Of a stretch of 64,000 nucleotides of DNA, positions 10,233 to 20,850 are shown piece by piece (positions within the stretch are counted from its first letter, which is position 1; each line of letters opens with the position of its first letter). The translations under genes and the position numbers were made by a program. Source of the DNA: a virus (lineage: Duplodnaviria > Caudoviricetes); the IMG/VR virus record IMGVR_UViG_3300002179_000002, positions 11,861-75,860 of that record; one strand, given 5' to 3'. The notes beneath the pieces were generated by a model that had not been told where the DNA came from, ran no database searches, and saw only the letters and a list, made by a program, of their open reading frames with translations.

Positions 10233-10271
10233 AACAATATTATTTCGTTGAATAGATATACACTCACATAG

Positions 10272-12200
10272 ATGTCAACAAAAGTTCGCTTCGGCAATAA
10301 AATAGTTCAACTTCCAGGCACCTACTCTAGAATAGTAGCAGGACAGAATAATCCTCCTAGAGATTTAGATTATGGTAAGTTATTGATTATAGATAATCAA
10401 AACCTTAATGCGTCTCTTGCAAATAATGGCATGTTAGGCGGTGCTGGTATTGCTGGTACGCTTGTTTCAGGTAAGAATGCAGTTTACTCAGTAAAAGATA
10501 TTCAAGCATTTAGAGACTTTGTTGGTGCTGGTTGGTGGTATAAAGCCGCTGAAGGATTGTTTAATCCCGATGGCAACAATAATGGTGTATCCGAAATATT
10601 CATAGTTAAACCCGCCACTACAACCCCTGCTTTATTATCATTCATTCCTACTGGAGGTGGAGCGGCTGGTGGTACATTCAAAGTCAAAACAAAAGATGAA
10701 GGTACAGCAGCTAACGGTAATCCTGATGAGACAAGAGCAACTTCTACAGTGACAGTAACTGCTGCTGGATCAACTGCTGATAAAATCACAATTAAAGTAT
10801 CTGGAGTAACAGTAGCTGAATATACCAATGCTTCAAGTGATAGCATAGCAACTATGGTTGCAGGACTTGCTGCTAATATGACGTTATTGGGAATATGTTT
10901 AGTAGTATCTTCTACTTCTCCTGCATTAGCATTCAAAGCACCTGTTGGATATGGAGCAACAACAGTAACTCCTACAGTAACAGTAACAGGCGGTGCAACA
11001 GGTTCTGCAGTAGCATTTGCAGGTGGAGTAACAGCAACTAACCTTTTATCAGGTTATGCTTATAAGATTGAGACAGGTGTAGTTGATACAGCAAAATGGA
11101 TTTTCAAGATTTGGAGAGGTAATTATAAAGGTTTATATTCAGACAATATTCCTTATGATGAAATCACTTCAGCTAATTCAAGACCTACATTAGTAGCACA
11201 GTCACCAGAGTTCAATAATGTTCAGACATTGATTGATTGGGCTTTGACTGACAGTACATTTGGTAAATTATTTGTATTGGATGCCACTTCTGCTAAGACA
11301 GGTGCAGGAACAGTTACTTCAGCTGACATAACAGCTAACACTGGTTATAGGGTTGCTTCTACAGGTACTGCAACTTATGATTCTATTGATGATGCATTAG
11401 ACGCAATTAAAGACTTAAATTATAGTGCAATATTAACTACTTGTTCAACAGCTAACCCTTCAACTGATACTACTATTCTTAAGATAGTTGATCATATTGA
11501 AAACGAAGCTAAGTTCGACAAACATCTCTATATAGCAGGTGATGATAATGATGTTGATACTTCTGTTGGTTATGCTGAAACATTTGACTCAGAGAAAGTC
11601 ATATTGGTTCATGGTGCTATTCAAAAAGTAAGCAGATTAGCTGCTAGTGGCTTTAGAGTTTGGGAACAGTTCTTTCATACAGCCTATAATGTAGGTAGGG
11701 TATTAGGATTAGCTCCACAAGTACCTTTGACATTCAAATCACTTGATATTGATGGTTTAGTATCTCCACTGAATGTTAAAGACCAAGAGAAAGCTGATGC
11801 AGCAGGTGTATTGGTAACAGTATTTGATGAGGACTTTGGTAAGTTCATCAACCTACACGATGTAAACACATTACAGGATAGTGATTTTGTATTAACAAAT
11901 GCAGGTACTTCACACCTTATTCAGATAGAACGTATCAAAGCTCAGTTGAACAAGGAACTTATCATCAATGCTAAACTTGACCTGATGTCTGATCCTAACG
12001 GTGTCAATCGTTCTTCATTAACCGAAGAGGATGCTATTGAATGGACTAAAGGCTATTTAGGTCGTAAAATGGGAACCCTGATTGTAGCTTGGAGAAATGT
12101 TACTGCAACTACTTCTGGTGACTTCCTATTTGTAACTTATGAGGCATCTCCTAATACTGAGATTAAAGGTGTTTTCTTCACTGGTGGACTTTACATATAA
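10272..12200 (+). CDS. Contractile tail sheath protein
   Basis: 642 aa; LPGTYS N-terminus, PLTFKSL and DVNTLQ sheath motifs; followed by the tube gene. Confidence 0.9.
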   Translation: MSTKVRFGNKIVQLPGTYSRIVAGQNNPPRDLDYGKLLIIDNQNLNASLANNGMLGGAGIAGTLVSGKNAVYSVKDIQAFRDFVGAGWWYKAAEGLFNPDGNNNGVSEIFIVKPATTTPALLSFIPTGGGAAGGTFKVKTKDEGTAANGNPDETRATSTVTVTAAGSTADKITIKVSGVTVAEYTNASSDSIATMVAGLAANMTLLGICLVVSSTSPALAFKAPVGYGATTVTPTVTVTGGATGSAVAFAGGVTATNLLSGYAYKIETGVVDTAKWIFKIWRGNYKGLYSDNIPYDEITSANSRPTLVAQSPEFNNVQTLIDWALTDSTFGKLFVLDATSAKTGAGTVTSADITANTGYRVASTGTATYDSIDDALDAIKDLNYSAILTTCSTANPSTDTTILKIVDHIENEAKFDKHLYIAGDDNDVDTSVGYAETFDSEKVILVHGAIQKVSRLAASGFRVWEQFFHTAYNVGRVLGLAPQVPLTFKSLDIDGLVSPLNVKDQEKADAAGVLVTVFDEDFGKFINLHDVNTLQDSDFVLTNAGTSHLIQIERIKAQLNKELIINAKLDLMSDPNGVNRSSLTEEDAIEWTKGYLGRKMGTLIVAWRNVTATTSGDFLFVTYEASPNTEIKGVFFTGGLYI

Positions 12201-12234
12201 TCGTTTATAAAAAGACTTCAAATAACACAAAGAT

Positions 12235-12714
12235 ATGCCTGACGAAAAAACAATGACCGCAGCTAAAGCAATTATCAAAGTAAATGGTAAGGCTGTTGGC
12301 TTAATGAGTAACCTCAGAATAACAGAGAACAACCAATTGGGCTCAGTAATGGGACTAGGTAGATTAACTAAGGTTGAAGTACCTATTTTATCTATTACTT
12401 GCACATGGGCTTGTGACTTCTATATGATTGACCTTGTCAAGTCAGGTATTCCTGGTTTGGACAATAAAGCTGTACAATCACTTGATCAATATGTAGACAG
12501 CAAAGTACTTATCCCAAATGTGGTTGATATCGTTGTCTATAAGAAGGATGTCAAGACCATCACCAATGGTGTAGTAACTGCAACTAAAGGTAATGTATTG
12601 GCAGTTATCAGAGATGTATATCTTAATTCAACAGGTTGGAGTATCCAAGAAAATTCTATAACCATGATGCAACAGTCAGGGGAATATCTTACTCCAATAT
12701 TTCAAGCAATTTAA
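12235..12714 (+). CDS. Tail tube protein
   Basis: TAAKAIIKVNGKAVG...VMGLG; size and position. Confidence 0.85.
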   Translation: MPDEKTMTAAKAIIKVNGKAVGLMSNLRITENNQLGSVMGLGRLTKVEVPILSITCTWACDFYMIDLVKSGIPGLDNKAVQSLDQYVDSKVLIPNVVDIVVYKKDVKTITNGVVTATKGNVLAVIRDVYLNSTGWSIQENSITMMQQSGEYLTPIFQAI

Positions 12715-12747
12715 CAATCAATAATTTATAAACCTAAACAAGTAAAA

Positions 12748-13107
12748 GTGGAAAGTTTTAATTTCGTCATCAAAGGAAAATCTTATTCAACAAAACCATT
12801 AGTAGTTGGTAACGTGATTGATCTTTGGAGACTCAGATCAGCTCTGTCAGGTGGAACATATGGTCACCTATATCGTATGGCATTAGATGGTGCAGACCAA
12901 GCACTGGTTGCTATTGATATTGAAGCATTCGTTTCTATTTTCAGTCCTCCACAGTTATTGAAAGATCTAAAGGTAGAAAGTATTAGAGATTTAGGTATTG
13001 AAGACTACATGGAATTGAATGAGATTTATATCGAACAGATTAAACCTTGGCTGGATAAAGTTGAGGGCATGTTGAAGAAAAAAGAAGAGAAAACAGATAA
13101 TGAATAA
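12748..13107 (+). CDS. Tail assembly chaperone
   Basis: Position between tube and tape measure genes; size. Confidence 0.6.
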   Translation: MESFNFVIKGKSYSTKPLVVGNVIDLWRLRSALSGGTYGHLYRMALDGADQALVAIDIEAFVSIFSPPQLLKDLKVESIRDLGIEDYMELNEIYIEQIKPWLDKVEGMLKKKEEKTDNE

Positions 13108-13478
13108 TGTGGAATCCATTTCGAAAGAAGCAAGTAAAATCTGCTCCTATTATAATAAATGAGTTTGATGATGAATACATAAAAGACTTTGTATATAGAT
13201 GGTCAGAAAATTTCCCGATAGACATTTGGTGGAGAACGAAGCATAAAGTTGCTTTTAATTCATCTGTTCATCGGGAAGTTTCGTTATTTGATATGAGGTT
13301 TGAGTATGAAGAAGATCAGTTATTTGATAGGCAAGACAAGAATTATAAACCAGACACTGGTGATTGGATAGACATTGGACCTTCTATTATGGAAGATGAT
13401 ACTTTGACTGAGGAACAAAAGATTAACAAATTCAAGAAGGAGTTTGAAAATTTAGATTTAGATAGATACGACGACTAA
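13107..13478 (+). CDS. Hypothetical protein (second tail chaperone-like)
   Basis: Coupled ORF directly before the tape measure gene. Confidence 0.55.
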   Translation: MWNPFRKKQVKSAPIIINEFDDEYIKDFVYRWSENFPIDIWWRTKHKVAFNSSVHREVSLFDMRFEYEEDQLFDRQDKNYKPDTGDWIDIGPSIMEDDTLTEEQKINKFKKEFENLDLDRYDD

Positions 13479-15220
13479 TGGATTTAGATAAGAAAGTACG
13501 AATATCGGCAGATGCTAGTCAACTGGAAAGCACTTTTGATAGAATCAAGAGAGATGCTACTGAGTTGGCTTCTGGTATGATGCAGGATGCTGAGAAGAGA
13601 GTTAGTTCATCAAGAGAACTTATCAAGTCATTAAATGACGAGATAAAGTTGATGGAGAGACGTAATTCTCTTGATGTAGTTGAACGTAAGTCTGGGGCAC
13701 AAGATAGGCTTGATCGTAATCCACATGATGTTAATGCCAAAAGAGAGCTAAATAATATTAGTATTGAAGAAAAAGAAGCTAAGATACAAAATGAATTATT
13801 AAAGGATATACTTGAAGAGCTTAAAGGTGGCAAGGCTAAAGAACTTGATGAAAAGGAAAGAACAGAGAAAGAAACAATTGCTAATAAAAGACATGATCAA
13901 AAAGTACAAGATATTGATATAAGAGAGCAGGATAGAAGAGCTGGTAATTTTAAGAGTGGAGTACGTGGTTATGGGATGTCTATTATTGGGGCAAGAAATG
14001 GTGTTGATGCAGGTTTAAATATTGCAGGAGAGACAGGTGGAATGATGGCATCTGCCGAGGGTGCTGTTGGCGCAACAGGGGTAGCATTACTTATTGCTGC
14101 AGCTATTGGTAAACAAATAGTTTCTGCTGCTACTCCATACCTACAGGGCAAAGGGGACATCTATGCAGTAACTGGACAAAGATTACCTACTAATATACCA
14201 AATTATAATCAATATGGATATAATGAGACACAATATTTAAATACTGTACCAGGATTATCTAAAGCAAGAAGGTCATCAGTTGGAATATATAAGTCTGCTG
14301 AAGATCAGATGAAGTTTAAAAGAGGTATGGGTCTGGATGAAAGCACCTATTCTGATTTTGATAGAATGGCTTTGCTTGAAGGAACTACAGGGGCAAGTCA
14401 GTTACAACAAAGTATAGCAGGGTTACGAAGTGGTGGTGTTGTAAGAGGAGGAGATATGTCTTCAGCATCTGAATATTTAGGGATAATTGCAAACTTAGGT
14501 AAGGAACAAGTATCAAGGCTTGCTCGTATTGATCAAGGTATGAATACTCGAGTTGTGGCTTCACTTGCGAGTATGAATGATTTTCTTCAAAGATCTCCAG
14601 AAGCATTATCTTCCTTAGTAAGTGGATTACAGAGTGGATTAACACATGCTTCTTCACCACAACAAGAATCTGTGACAATGGCAATATTATCTAAGATTCA
14701 CCCTGAAATGAGTTTGTGGGATTTAAAGAAAGAAGAAGCAAGAGGGTTGACACCTGAGAGATTAAAAGGGGAAATGCAATGGGCAAAACAAGTTGGTGCT
14801 GGAAATAAGAATTCTGAGAGATGGAATCTTCAATCTAGATTTCCTGCATTGTCTGGACAACAAATAGATGAACTCATAGATGGTTCTCCTAAACTGATTA
14901 AATCTTTACAAGACAAGAGCTTAATGACAGGTAAAGGTGTAGATGTAGATATTAGGGGGCAGGAAGCAACAGGTGGAATGACTTCTGCAGGTGCTAAGTT
15001 TGGTCAATTTTGGATAGATTTTGTTAAAGCAGGTGAGAAGGCAATGGCAGCAGCTCACAAAAATTATTTAGCGGATCCAAATCCAATAGGTGGAAAACAG
15101 AGACAATCTGAAGAGAGAGCTTTAGATAAAGCAGCTGACTCTATGAATAGGGTGGCAGATTCTTTGAACAATGCAATAGGTAAACCAGATTCTAAGATCA
15201 TAAAAAAGAAAAATCAGTAA
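13478..15220 (+). CDS. Tape measure protein
   Basis: Helical, Ala/Gly-rich, with a hydrophobic segment; synteny. Confidence 0.7.
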   Translation: MDLDKKVRISADASQLESTFDRIKRDATELASGMMQDAEKRVSSSRELIKSLNDEIKLMERRNSLDVVERKSGAQDRLDRNPHDVNAKRELNNISIEEKEAKIQNELLKDILEELKGGKAKELDEKERTEKETIANKRHDQKVQDIDIREQDRRAGNFKSGVRGYGMSIIGARNGVDAGLNIAGETGGMMASAEGAVGATGVALLIAAAIGKQIVSAATPYLQGKGDIYAVTGQRLPTNIPNYNQYGYNETQYLNTVPGLSKARRSSVGIYKSAEDQMKFKRGMGLDESTYSDFDRMALLEGTTGASQLQQSIAGLRSGGVVRGGDMSSASEYLGIIANLGKEQVSRLARIDQGMNTRVVASLASMNDFLQRSPEALSSLVSGLQSGLTHASSPQQESVTMAILSKIHPEMSLWDLKKEEARGLTPERLKGEMQWAKQVGAGNKNSERWNLQSRFPALSGQQIDELIDGSPKLIKSLQDKSLMTGKGVDVDIRGQEATGGMTSAGAKFGQFWIDFVKAGEKAMAAAHKNYLADPNPIGGKQRQSEERALDKAADSMNRVADSLNNAIGKPDSKIIKKKNQ

Positions 15221-17953
15221 ATGAAAATTACAAAGGGCAGTAGAGTTCCATATCTATATGATAGTTCGCAAAACTATGTTATAGGAGACTTCTATCACAA
15301 TGGAGGTGAAACCCCTATTGGTACTTATGAACTTGATGATAGGATAATGAGAGCTATTGTCGAGATATTTCATTTTTTTACATGCTCGAATAAAGTGATG
15401 ATAATGTCTGCCTATAGATCTATTGAACACAATAAAGCAGTTGGTGGGTTAGATAAATCAGCTCATTTAAGGGGACAAGCAGTAGATTTTTATTTTCAGA
15501 AGAATAATAACTTTAGTAATACTGGTGCATTAGGTATTGTAAAAGATAATTTTGCAAAACAAGGAACACTATTCCGCATACTATTAAATTTAGGGATTGG
15601 GGAGATTGAATTTCATGAAACAACAATTCATATTGGTATAGTAAATCATGGGGGGTTAGTGTATGTAATAAATGAATATGCAAATACAAATCAAACTACA
15701 ATTGCTAAAAAAGAACAGAAAGCTATAGCATTACTGCCAATTTCAAAGGACTATAATGAGTATTATTATCAAGATTCAAGTTTAAACACTATAAATAAAC
15801 TATTTAGTGATAGTAACTCTATCATCTCAAGAACCCAGATTACACAGAAAGAGTTGCTTGAATACAAGAATAAAGATGGGGTTAGAAATTTAGATAGGAT
15901 ATGGGAATTATATACTGATACCCAGAAAAGTAAGTTTGCAGATGGATATAGCTTGTTAACGAATAATGATAAAAGAAAGTATAGGCCAACATATACTAAT
16001 GTTGACTATGATATGCCAGTAGGAGCACTATTGTCTATTCCAAACAATAGGATAAATCTTGAAGTGTTTTTTGCTACAGGTAAAAATTTATTTATGGAGC
16101 AACAAGATTTAAAAGCCTTCATGGGAGATGAATTAAAGACTCTTATTAATGATCCCACCTTTATTCAAACTCAGAAACTTACTATTGTCAATAACCAGTA
16201 TTCAGTCAACTATCTTTATATTGCATTTAGCGTTTGGATATATTTGAGAACTGAAGATAAGATATTGAATATCTCACCATTTGTTAAATCGGTAGATACT
16301 ACTGTTGCAGATGGTGGTGGTACCTTCAACATATCATTAAATGAAATTAACAGTTTAGAAGATATAAGAAAGTATTCAGAGACTTACTACTCTTATATTC
16401 AGAAGACAGAGAGTGGTAAATATAATTTGTCTTTCTTTGAGAAGAACGTCCAACAAAATGATATAGTGTGGATAAGATTTGAGAGACTGGATATTGAAGG
16501 TAAAGTAAATATAGATAGTTCTGTTGATTTGTTCGTAGATAAGTCTTCTATTTCTAATACAGAAAAGTCAATTAAAGTGTATGATATGATAGGACTTGTA
16601 GATATAAGTTCAGAGGCATACTCTTCTTCCACAAATGAGCCTATATTTAATGTATCAGGTAGAGATTTTACAAAGTTGTTAATAGAAGATAGTAGTATAT
16701 TTTTACCTTGGGCGTTAGTTAATGGTGCGCAAGATATGTTTTTAAATTTAGATGTACGCAATACAATATTTAAGAGAGTCAGTGCCGATAAGACTTATCA
16801 GACATTTTTTACTCAGGCATATAGGTCAATAAGGGATTCAATTGGATTTATTTTTAATCAATTAACTAATGTTGGGGTTTTACCAAAAGGGAATAATTTA
16901 TTCGACTCCTATAAGAATTCATACGATATTTTTAAGAAGATAACAACAGATAGAACTAGTGAAGTATATGATATAAGTAATGTAAAGAAAGATGTCATTA
17001 ATGAGTCTGAACAGAATGGAGTGTGGAAGATAATCAAAGCTATTGTTGATCATCAGATAGACGATAGAAGACTTAATAATGGAGAGTTGACAGCTCCTGA
17101 AGGTGCTATCATTGATTTAGTAATGAGAATGTGCCAAGAGCCATTTGTTGAATTTTGGGGTGATACCATTGGAGATCAATTTATATTTATGGCAAGACAA
17201 CCTCCATTCACAAGAAAACAGATAGAAGACTATTTTCAAAGTAATAATTATATTACAGTAACAGCAGATAAAGTAACGGACTTTGATTTATCATGGGATG
17301 AGACTTACTATACTATGTATCAACTTGATATATTGAATGGATTAGTTGGAGTTGGTGATTTGATAAGTGCTTCTAATATGCCATTAGTTTATTTTGAAGA
17401 ATATGCTAACTTGTTTGGTATGCACAAAAAAGTGGTTCCAGATAGTTATCTGACCTCTTCTGTATTGAGTGGTAGTAATAAGAATGAAAACTTGAATGTG
17501 TTTAGAATATCTTATGCCAATGATATGAAGTTTCTTATTGAAACCAATGCAATATTACCATTCACTAGAAAAGGTAGAATAGTTATTAGTGGTGGAGATA
17601 GGAGAATAAAAAAGGGGATGTGGATACTTTTTGAACCAACAAATGAGATATGTTATGTTAAATCAGTAACTAATTCAGTAAATGTGTCAGGAAATGATTT
17701 GAATAGAACTACAGTTTTGATAGTTGAAAGATGTATGCTTAAAGAATTTGTGCTTGGTGGTTCTGGAATAACAAATAAAACTAATGGCAAAGAGAACAAT
17801 TACTTTGATATTGTGAATATAGATGTTATTTATGAGGGTTTGATAGTAGGGACAAAAGATACAGTCAAAGTAGATAATAAGACAGCTACAAATAAAAAGT
17901 TAATAAACACAGAGTTATTTGAATTCTTTTCAAAAAGACAACAATGGAAGTAG
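15221..17953 (+). CDS. Baseplate hub / tail lysin with N-terminal peptidase M15 domain
   Basis: SAYRSIEHNKAVGG...SAHLRGQAVDF...IHIG (M15 zinc peptidase); VSGRDFTKLL and EPFVEFWGD hub motifs. Confidence 0.75.
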   Translation: MKITKGSRVPYLYDSSQNYVIGDFYHNGGETPIGTYELDDRIMRAIVEIFHFFTCSNKVMIMSAYRSIEHNKAVGGLDKSAHLRGQAVDFYFQKNNNFSNTGALGIVKDNFAKQGTLFRILLNLGIGEIEFHETTIHIGIVNHGGLVYVINEYANTNQTTIAKKEQKAIALLPISKDYNEYYYQDSSLNTINKLFSDSNSIISRTQITQKELLEYKNKDGVRNLDRIWELYTDTQKSKFADGYSLLTNNDKRKYRPTYTNVDYDMPVGALLSIPNNRINLEVFFATGKNLFMEQQDLKAFMGDELKTLINDPTFIQTQKLTIVNNQYSVNYLYIAFSVWIYLRTEDKILNISPFVKSVDTTVADGGGTFNISLNEINSLEDIRKYSETYYSYIQKTESGKYNLSFFEKNVQQNDIVWIRFERLDIEGKVNIDSSVDLFVDKSSISNTEKSIKVYDMIGLVDISSEAYSSSTNEPIFNVSGRDFTKLLIEDSSIFLPWALVNGAQDMFLNLDVRNTIFKRVSADKTYQTFFTQAYRSIRDSIGFIFNQLTNVGVLPKGNNLFDSYKNSYDIFKKITTDRTSEVYDISNVKKDVINESEQNGVWKIIKAIVDHQIDDRRLNNGELTAPEGAIIDLVMRMCQEPFVEFWGDTIGDQFIFMARQPPFTRKQIEDYFQSNNYITVTADKVTDFDLSWDETYYTMYQLDILNGLVGVGDLISASNMPLVYFEEYANLFGMHKKVVPDSYLTSSVLSGSNKNENLNVFRISYANDMKFLIETNAILPFTRKGRIVISGGDRRIKKGMWILFEPTNEICYVKSVTNSVNVSGNDLNRTTVLIVERCMLKEFVLGGSGITNKTNGKENNYFDIVNIDVIYEGLIVGTKDTVKVDNKTATNKKLINTELFEFFSKRQQWK

Positions 17954-18774
17954 GAGATGGCATTTATAAAGATTCTGATCCAACACTCAGAAAGTCTATT
18001 AACACAGGATATATCATAATACCTGAGAATGTAGATAGAGTGCAGTTTATAAAACAATGTCTTAGAACTGAATTGTTCTCTATTTTAGTTGAAGGCGGTG
18101 GAGGTATAGCACATAATTGTTATATCACTAAATCTGCACTTAGGGATGTTGAATTCCCTATTGAAAATAATACCCTTGGCAGTTGTGTAACTTTCTTTAC
18201 TGAACCATTTGGTGGTAAAGCTATTATAACAGGAGTAATATCAAAGGGTGAAGAAACTGGGTTAATTGAAGAGAGCACTATAGTATTTAAGAAGACTAAG
18301 AATGGAAACTATGCTTTATTATCAGTAGATGGTAATGGGCAGATAACAATTGATATAATAGGTACAGCACAACAGGGAAAACTCAATATTAATGTCAGGA
18401 ATGATGACTACTCTGCTGAAGTTAACTTACATGTAAAAGGTAACATTAATATTTACACTGAAGGAAACATAGATATCAACACAGTTGGTGGAGATATTAC
18501 AATGACAACAGATCAGACAATAAGTATGATGAATGGTGACAATTCAGTGGTAGTTGATAAGACAGGTATTTCAATAGATTCAGGTAAAAAGGACATTCTG
18601 ATATATAACGAGGATAGCAGTATAGGTATAACTGACTCAGGTATAGAACTTGATTCAAGCCAACCTATATTGATAAATGGTCAGAAGAATGTCCTCTATT
18701 CAAAAGTGCCAGATGCTACAGAGATATTAGATGTAAGCGAGATAGGAGTTTCAACAAAAGTAAAAGTAGGGTAA
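17944..18774 (+). CDS. Baseplate central spike (gpV/gp5-like)
   Basis: Repetitive beta-strand C-terminus (INIYTEGNIDINT...); position after the hub gene. Confidence 0.65.
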   Translation: MEVGDGIYKDSDPTLRKSINTGYIIIPENVDRVQFIKQCLRTELFSILVEGGGGIAHNCYITKSALRDVEFPIENNTLGSCVTFFTEPFGGKAIITGVISKGEETGLIEESTIVFKKTKNGNYALLSVDGNGQITIDIIGTAQQGKLNINVRNDDYSAEVNLHVKGNINIYTEGNIDINTVGGDITMTTDQTISMMNGDNSVVVDKTGISIDSGKKDILIYNEDSSIGITDSGIELDSSQPILINGQKNVLYSKVPDATEILDVSEIGVSTKVKVG

Positions 18775-18775
18775 G

Positions 18776-19162
18776 ATGAATCAAAAGATAAAGTTTCAGA
18801 AAGATTTAAAAGCTAAATTAGGTGTTACTATGACTCCTAATATGGGTGTAAAAGAGATTCTGAGTGCGTTTAACAGACTTTCTTCTCCAGCCTTGAATAA
18901 CCTACCGAGTAATATACAATCTATCGTTACAACTGCTAAAATCGCCTTGCAAACAGCTGAAACAGCAAGAACTGCATATGCTACTGCAAAAAAGACATAT
19001 GTAACTTGTCAAGCAGCAATTGAAACAGCTGCAGCAGTAACAGCAGGACAATTACAACAACCAGCTTTGAAGGCGGGAGCAATGATAGCAAAGGTAGCAG
19101 AGGTGAAGCAAGACGACATTATTTATGGCTTGGGTAATAAACTACTGGACTCTTTAAGTTAA
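18776..19162 (+). CDS. Hypothetical protein (baseplate region)
   Basis: Ala-rich helical ORF in the operon. Confidence 0.55.
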   Translation: MNQKIKFQKDLKAKLGVTMTPNMGVKEILSAFNRLSSPALNNLPSNIQSIVTTAKIALQTAETARTAYATAKKTYVTCQAAIETAAAVTAGQLQQPALKAGAMIAKVAEVKQDDIIYGLGNKLLDSLS

Positions 19163-19198
19163 TTTTAAAAGTAAAGAAAATTTAATTAATTTTATAAC

Positions 19199-19948
19199 AT
19201 GATTACTGATCAAATTTTCGGGGCAGCATCAAAGATTCTTTCACAAGTTGGGAAAGATGCTTTACACAATCAATATCCACGGGATTTTGAGGTGTATATG
19301 TGTGCTCTGGAATTAGTTGGTTATGATAATCACACTGTTGATTATTTCTCATTCCCTATTATGCCAAAGTCTATAACTAAGACTGAAGCAGAAGCTACCA
19401 CAATACAAACTTCTTTCTCAGGGATAACAGTATTTAATAAATCAGGATTTATCCCAAAAGAACTTAATATACAAGGAGATTTTGGGAGATCACTTAAACT
19501 CACTTCATTTGAACAGGATGCCTTCTCAAAAGGATATGCATATTCAATGGACATGGGATATTATACTGCGGATGATGTCAACTCAGGAAAGTCAAATAAG
19601 GTTAAAGAGTTTCCATTTGGAATAAAGACAGGATATGGGTGTAGTAAGGTGTTGCAGTCAATTATAGATAAAGCAAAAGCACACGATCCTTCAGGGCAGA
19701 CATACAAGCTGTTTTTTTATAATCCAGCACTTGGTGAATCCTATTTAGTAGTGCCTTCAAAGAATCCTTTGACTTGGTCACAGAATGAATCCACCAACAT
19801 GATATGGCAATATACTTTGAATCTTATTGCAATAGCTAATATGTCGGATGTAGGTGGTTTATATAAAAACAATAAGAAGTCTTTACAATACAGTTTTGGT
19901 TTAGATAAGGTGGTAAGAAGTCTCACTTCAATGAAAAACATATACTAA
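19199..19948 (+). CDS. Baseplate / tail tube initiator-like protein
   Basis: FSFPIMPKSI...IQGDFG and WQYTLNLIAI motifs; synteny. Confidence 0.6.
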   Translation: MITDQIFGAASKILSQVGKDALHNQYPRDFEVYMCALELVGYDNHTVDYFSFPIMPKSITKTEAEATTIQTSFSGITVFNKSGFIPKELNIQGDFGRSLKLTSFEQDAFSKGYAYSMDMGYYTADDVNSGKSNKVKEFPFGIKTGYGCSKVLQSIIDKAKAHDPSGQTYKLFFYNPALGESYLVVPSKNPLTWSQNESTNMIWQYTLNLIAIANMSDVGGLYKNNKKSLQYSFGLDKVVRSLTSMKNIY

Positions 19949-20850
19949 TGACTATTATAGAAAAGTTCACCAAAGTAACAAATTATGATCTGCAGAAATT
20001 CTTTGCAGACTATAATACTTTTCTGAGCAATGATATAAGTTCATTGGTATCATATTTTAAGGGTGGATCAAGTCTTAATAAGACAGCATTTTCAGAGCTT
20101 GTTAGATTAACTTCCGAATCAAATAAGATAGAACACATCATATCTATATTCAACACTGGACTCTCTGCTACTACAGAATTTTGGGACTTGATTGATAACT
20201 TATCAGAAGTAAAGACAAGACTTGAGACAACTATCAACTTAGCCAAGTGGACGCGTTCATCTTATGTTTATGGCTATGATGGACAGTCAAAGTTCAAATA
20301 CATATTGAAGCAGAATCAGACCTTTGAGAACTTATCCAAGGAGCTTGGTAATGCTGATCCTAATCAAGATTGGATTGATCTGGCAGTAGCAAATGGTGTG
20401 ATGGAACTAGATTATACTAGAGCAGGTGGGAATGTGTTAGACCTAAGTAAAACCGATAATACGCTATATAATATCACCACTGTTGTTGATGTGATGGTAG
20501 GAGATAATATTCTTGGTAAAGACATGCAAAGGAAAGTAGAGATATTGGATGATGACTTTGTATCACTCACTACTCAAGACACCATGGAGCAGTCAGCAGA
20601 GATTTGTTTAGGGGTGACTCAAGGCAGTGTTCCAGAATATCAGAGTCTTGGCTACCCTAAAGATTTAGTTGGCTCAAATATAAATGCATTGAGATTCAGT
20701 TCACTTATGAGAGATGTTCAGAATAATTTTAAGACTGATGATTCTTTTGCAAGTGTAGAAATGATAGATAACCAAGTTGATCAAGATGCAGCATTCTATA
20801 CATTTCAGATAACTTCTCGATTAAACAATCAGATAAATAAAACTTTATAA
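19948..20850 (+). CDS. Baseplate wedge protein (LysM-like plus gp25-like)
   Basis: YILKQNQTFENLS..LG...WIDLAVAN LysM-like segment; QGSVPEYQSLG gp25-like segment. Confidence 0.65.
   Translation: MTIIEKFTKVTNYDLQKFFADYNTFLSNDISSLVSYFKGGSSLNKTAFSELVRLTSESNKIEHIISIFNTGLSATTEFWDLIDNLSEVKTRLETTINLAKWTRSSYVYGYDGQSKFKYILKQNQTFENLSKELGNADPNQDWIDLAVANGVMELDYTRAGGNVLDLSKTDNTLYNITTVVDVMVGDNILGKDMQRKVEILDDDFVSLTTQDTMEQSAEICLGVTQGSVPEYQSLGYPKDLVGSNINALRFSSLMRDVQNNFKTDDSFASVEMIDNQVDQDAAFYTFQITSRLNNQINKTL

Noticed and set aside
13070-13107. Programmed -1 frameshift between the tail chaperone genes at the A-run gaagaaaaaagaag
   Set aside because: The -1 frame hits TAA (AGA TAA) before the second ORF; a simple TAATG coupling explains the junction.
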